The translations under genes were made by a program, and so were the position numbers. DNA of 64,000 nt. It comes from an uncultured Acidobacteriota bacterium (GTDB lineage: Bacteria; Acidobacteriota; Thermoanaerobaculia; Multivoradales; UBA5704). Positions 62,329 to 64,000 of the stretch are shown piece after piece (the first letter of the stretch is position 1; every line of letters begins with the position of its first letter). The notes under the pieces are model-generated. The model was not told the origin of the DNA, ran no database searches, and was given only the letters and a program-made list of their open reading frames with translations. The stretch spans positions 2,208,001 through 2,272,000 of the forward strand of contig CAVYRF010000002.1 in NCBI GenBank assembly GCA_963770895.1, given 5' to 3'.

Positions 62329-63105
62329 ATGGGTGGATGCACAGGTTGCGCGTTCAAGGGGATGTCGACGGCGGTGGAGGACACCTACGTCGGGGTCCGC
62401 TTTCGCGAGGAAACCAACGTCACGCTGTGCGCTACTGCCGGCCAGATCTACGGTTTTGGCGATCAGGTGGTGGTCGAGCTGGAATCGGGGCCGACGCTGG
62501 GGCGGGTGGAGCGATCGCCGATGCCGGTCTTCAAGCCGTGCCAGAAGTCGAGCGCGCGGCCGATCCTGCGGTTGGCGGATGATGCCGATACGGCAGCTCA
62601 CGACCGCCAGCGGCAGAACGAGATGTCGGCCAAGCTGTTCGCGCAGGAGCGCGCGCGGGGCCTGGCGCTCGACATGAAGGTGTCGCTGGTGGAGTTTTCG
62701 CTGAGCGGCAAGAAGGCGACGATCTACTTCACCTCGGACGGCAGGGTGGATTTCCGCCAGCTGGTGCGCGACCTCTCCAGCCGTTTCGCGGTGCGCATCA
62801 AGATGGTGCAGGTCGGCGCGCGCGACGAAGCGGGGCTGGTGGGGGGGGTCGGGGTGTGCGGCCGCACCCTGTGCTGCTCGACGTGGCTCAAGGACTTCCG
62901 CCCGATCTCCATCCAGATGGCGAAGCGGCAGAACCTGTCGCTCAACCCCTCCAAGATCTCGGGCCAGTGCGGGCGCCTGCTGTGCTGCCTGGCCTACGAA
63001 GACGATCAGTACAAGACCAGAGACCCCGAAGGCAGCGCGCCGGATTCACCGGCCCGCTCGGGACCGGCGCGGCAACTGCCAACGATTCCGCCAGAGGTTG
63101 GATAA
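62329..63105 (+). CDS. ricT: PSP1/RicT (YaaT) Fe-S regulatory protein
   Basis: YFTSDGRVDFRQLV, GVCGRTLCC, KISGQCGRLLCCLAYE. Confidence 0.92.
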   Translation: MGGCTGCAFKGMSTAVEDTYVGVRFREETNVTLCATAGQIYGFGDQVVVELESGPTLGRVERSPMPVFKPCQKSSARPILRLADDADTAAHDRQRQNEMSAKLFAQERARGLALDMKVSLVEFSLSGKKATIYFTSDGRVDFRQLVRDLSSRFAVRIKMVQVGARDEAGLVGGVGVCGRTLCCSTWLKDFRPISIQMAKRQNLSLNPSKISGQCGRLLCCLAYEDDQYKTRDPEGSAPDSPARSGPARQLPTIPPEVG

Positions 63106-63120
63106 AGATTGAAAGCTGAC

Positions 63121-63456
63121 ATGCCCAACCGCAAACTGATTCGTCCAGACATGAACGAGCTCAAGAAAGACTTCCCTTCGCGCAGCCTCCGCCGCAAGCA
63201 GACGCCGCCGGAGCAGACCAATGCCGAGGAGTTCTACTACCTCAAGCAGATGGCGGCCAAGACGCCGATGGTGCTGGTGTTGACCGACGGCGAAGAGCTG
63301 CGCGGCTGGATCGAGTGGTACGACAAGGGATCGCTGAAGCTGAACCGGAGTGAGGGTCCCAACCTGCTGATCCAGAAGCACAGCATCCGCTACCTGTTCA
63401 AGGAGGAGGAGCTCCGGCGCCGGGCGCGCCGCGCCGGCGAGCCCTCCGAATCTTGA
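63121..63456 (+). CDS. Hfq-like (LSm fold) RNA chaperone
   Basis: [29 protein letters not shown]...LLIQKHSI parallels the Hfq Sm1/Sm2 motifs. Confidence 0.7.
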   Translation: MPNRKLIRPDMNELKKDFPSRSLRRKQTPPEQTNAEEFYYLKQMAAKTPMVLVLTDGEELRGWIEWYDKGSLKLNRSEGPNLLIQKHSIRYLFKEEELRRRARRAGEPSES

Positions 63457-64000
63457 ACGGGGCTCCCCGCCGGCCGCACCGACTGGCGCTGACTCAGGGT
63501 GACCCCGCCGGGATCGGGCCGGAAATCCTCCTCAAGCTGCTGTCGTCGCCCCCTGCGGTGGTCGCGGGGGGCGGCGCGGTGGCAGGCGTGGATGGCGCCG
63601 GCGCTGGGCCAGGCGGCGCCGGCGGTGACGTCGCGCGGGCTGGCGCTGCCGGCGGCGACGTTGCAAGGAATGGCGCTGCCGGTGGCGCGGGGCAGGCCGC
63701 CTGGCTGCCGCTGGTGGTTGCCGAGCGGGCGGCGCTCGAGGCGCTGCGCGGGTCGCTGCCGCAGGCTCCCTGGGAGCGGCTGCACTACCTTGCCGGGATG
63801 CCGGCAGCGGCGGACCTGGACGACCTGCCGGCCGGGGTGATCCCGGTGCTGGATCCGGTGGGGGACAGCCGTCAGGTGGGGCTCGGCACCTCGGGGCCGG
63901 CCGATGCGGCGGGTGCCATGGCGGCGCTCGATGCCGGCATCGCGGCGGTGCGCGCCGGGGTGGCCGACGCGCTGGTCACCGCGCCGGTGAGCAAGGAATC
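63453..64000 (+). CDS. pdxA: 4-hydroxythreonine-4-phosphate dehydrogenase (3'-truncated by the window edge)
   Basis: Not in the ORF track; my translation gives [16 protein letters not shown]...[10 protein letters not shown]; TTG overlaps the upstream stop. Confidence 0.9.
   Translation, partial: MNGAPRRPHRLALTQGDPAGIGPEILLKLLSSPPAVVAGGGAVAGVDGAGAGPGGAGGDVARAGAAGGDVARNGAAGGAGQAAWLPLVVAERAALEALRGSLPQAPWERLHYLAGMPAAADLDDLPAGVIPVLDPVGDSRQVGLGTSGPADAAGAMAALDAGIAAVRAGVADALVTAPVSKE

Noticed and set aside
63499-63840. 113-aa ORF in the supplied track
   Set aside because: Wrong frame; the pdxA frame starting at 63453 explains the region.

Overview
High-GC bacterial window; gene content suggests Acidobacteriota (Thermoanaerobaculia-like), which is inference only. 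1-3.7 kb: end of an NRPS with a terminal condensation domain, then two secreted carbohydrate-active-like genes. 4-13.7 kb: modification cluster with a MupA-like LLM, a sulfotransferase-SCP2 fusion, GT9-HEAT, GT2-TPR, FkbM, GT10 and a stand-alone PqqD/RRE, surrounding three small exported proteins. These three look like a naturally split DUF11 (isopeptide-type Ig-like) domain. Two Tat-exported proteins lack the last two beta-strands, and a Sec-exported IPTL-CTERM-like anchored protein carries only those strands. This is the top candidate for an undescribed system. 13.9-15.6 kb: lower-GC PRTase + DprA (ShosTA-like) islet next to tRNA-Arg/Arg/Pro. The rest: a two-component operon, peptidases, a Cys-rich Diedel-like EF-hand protein, a cobalamin riboswitch with btuB, a complete F1Fo ATP synthase operon with a large atpA insertion, ftcD, mpl, rph, a DUF4331/ECF sigma/anti-sigma locus, a candidate structured RNA, pta, purD, ricT, an Hfq-like gene and partial pdxA. 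All family calls come from motif recognition, not database searches.
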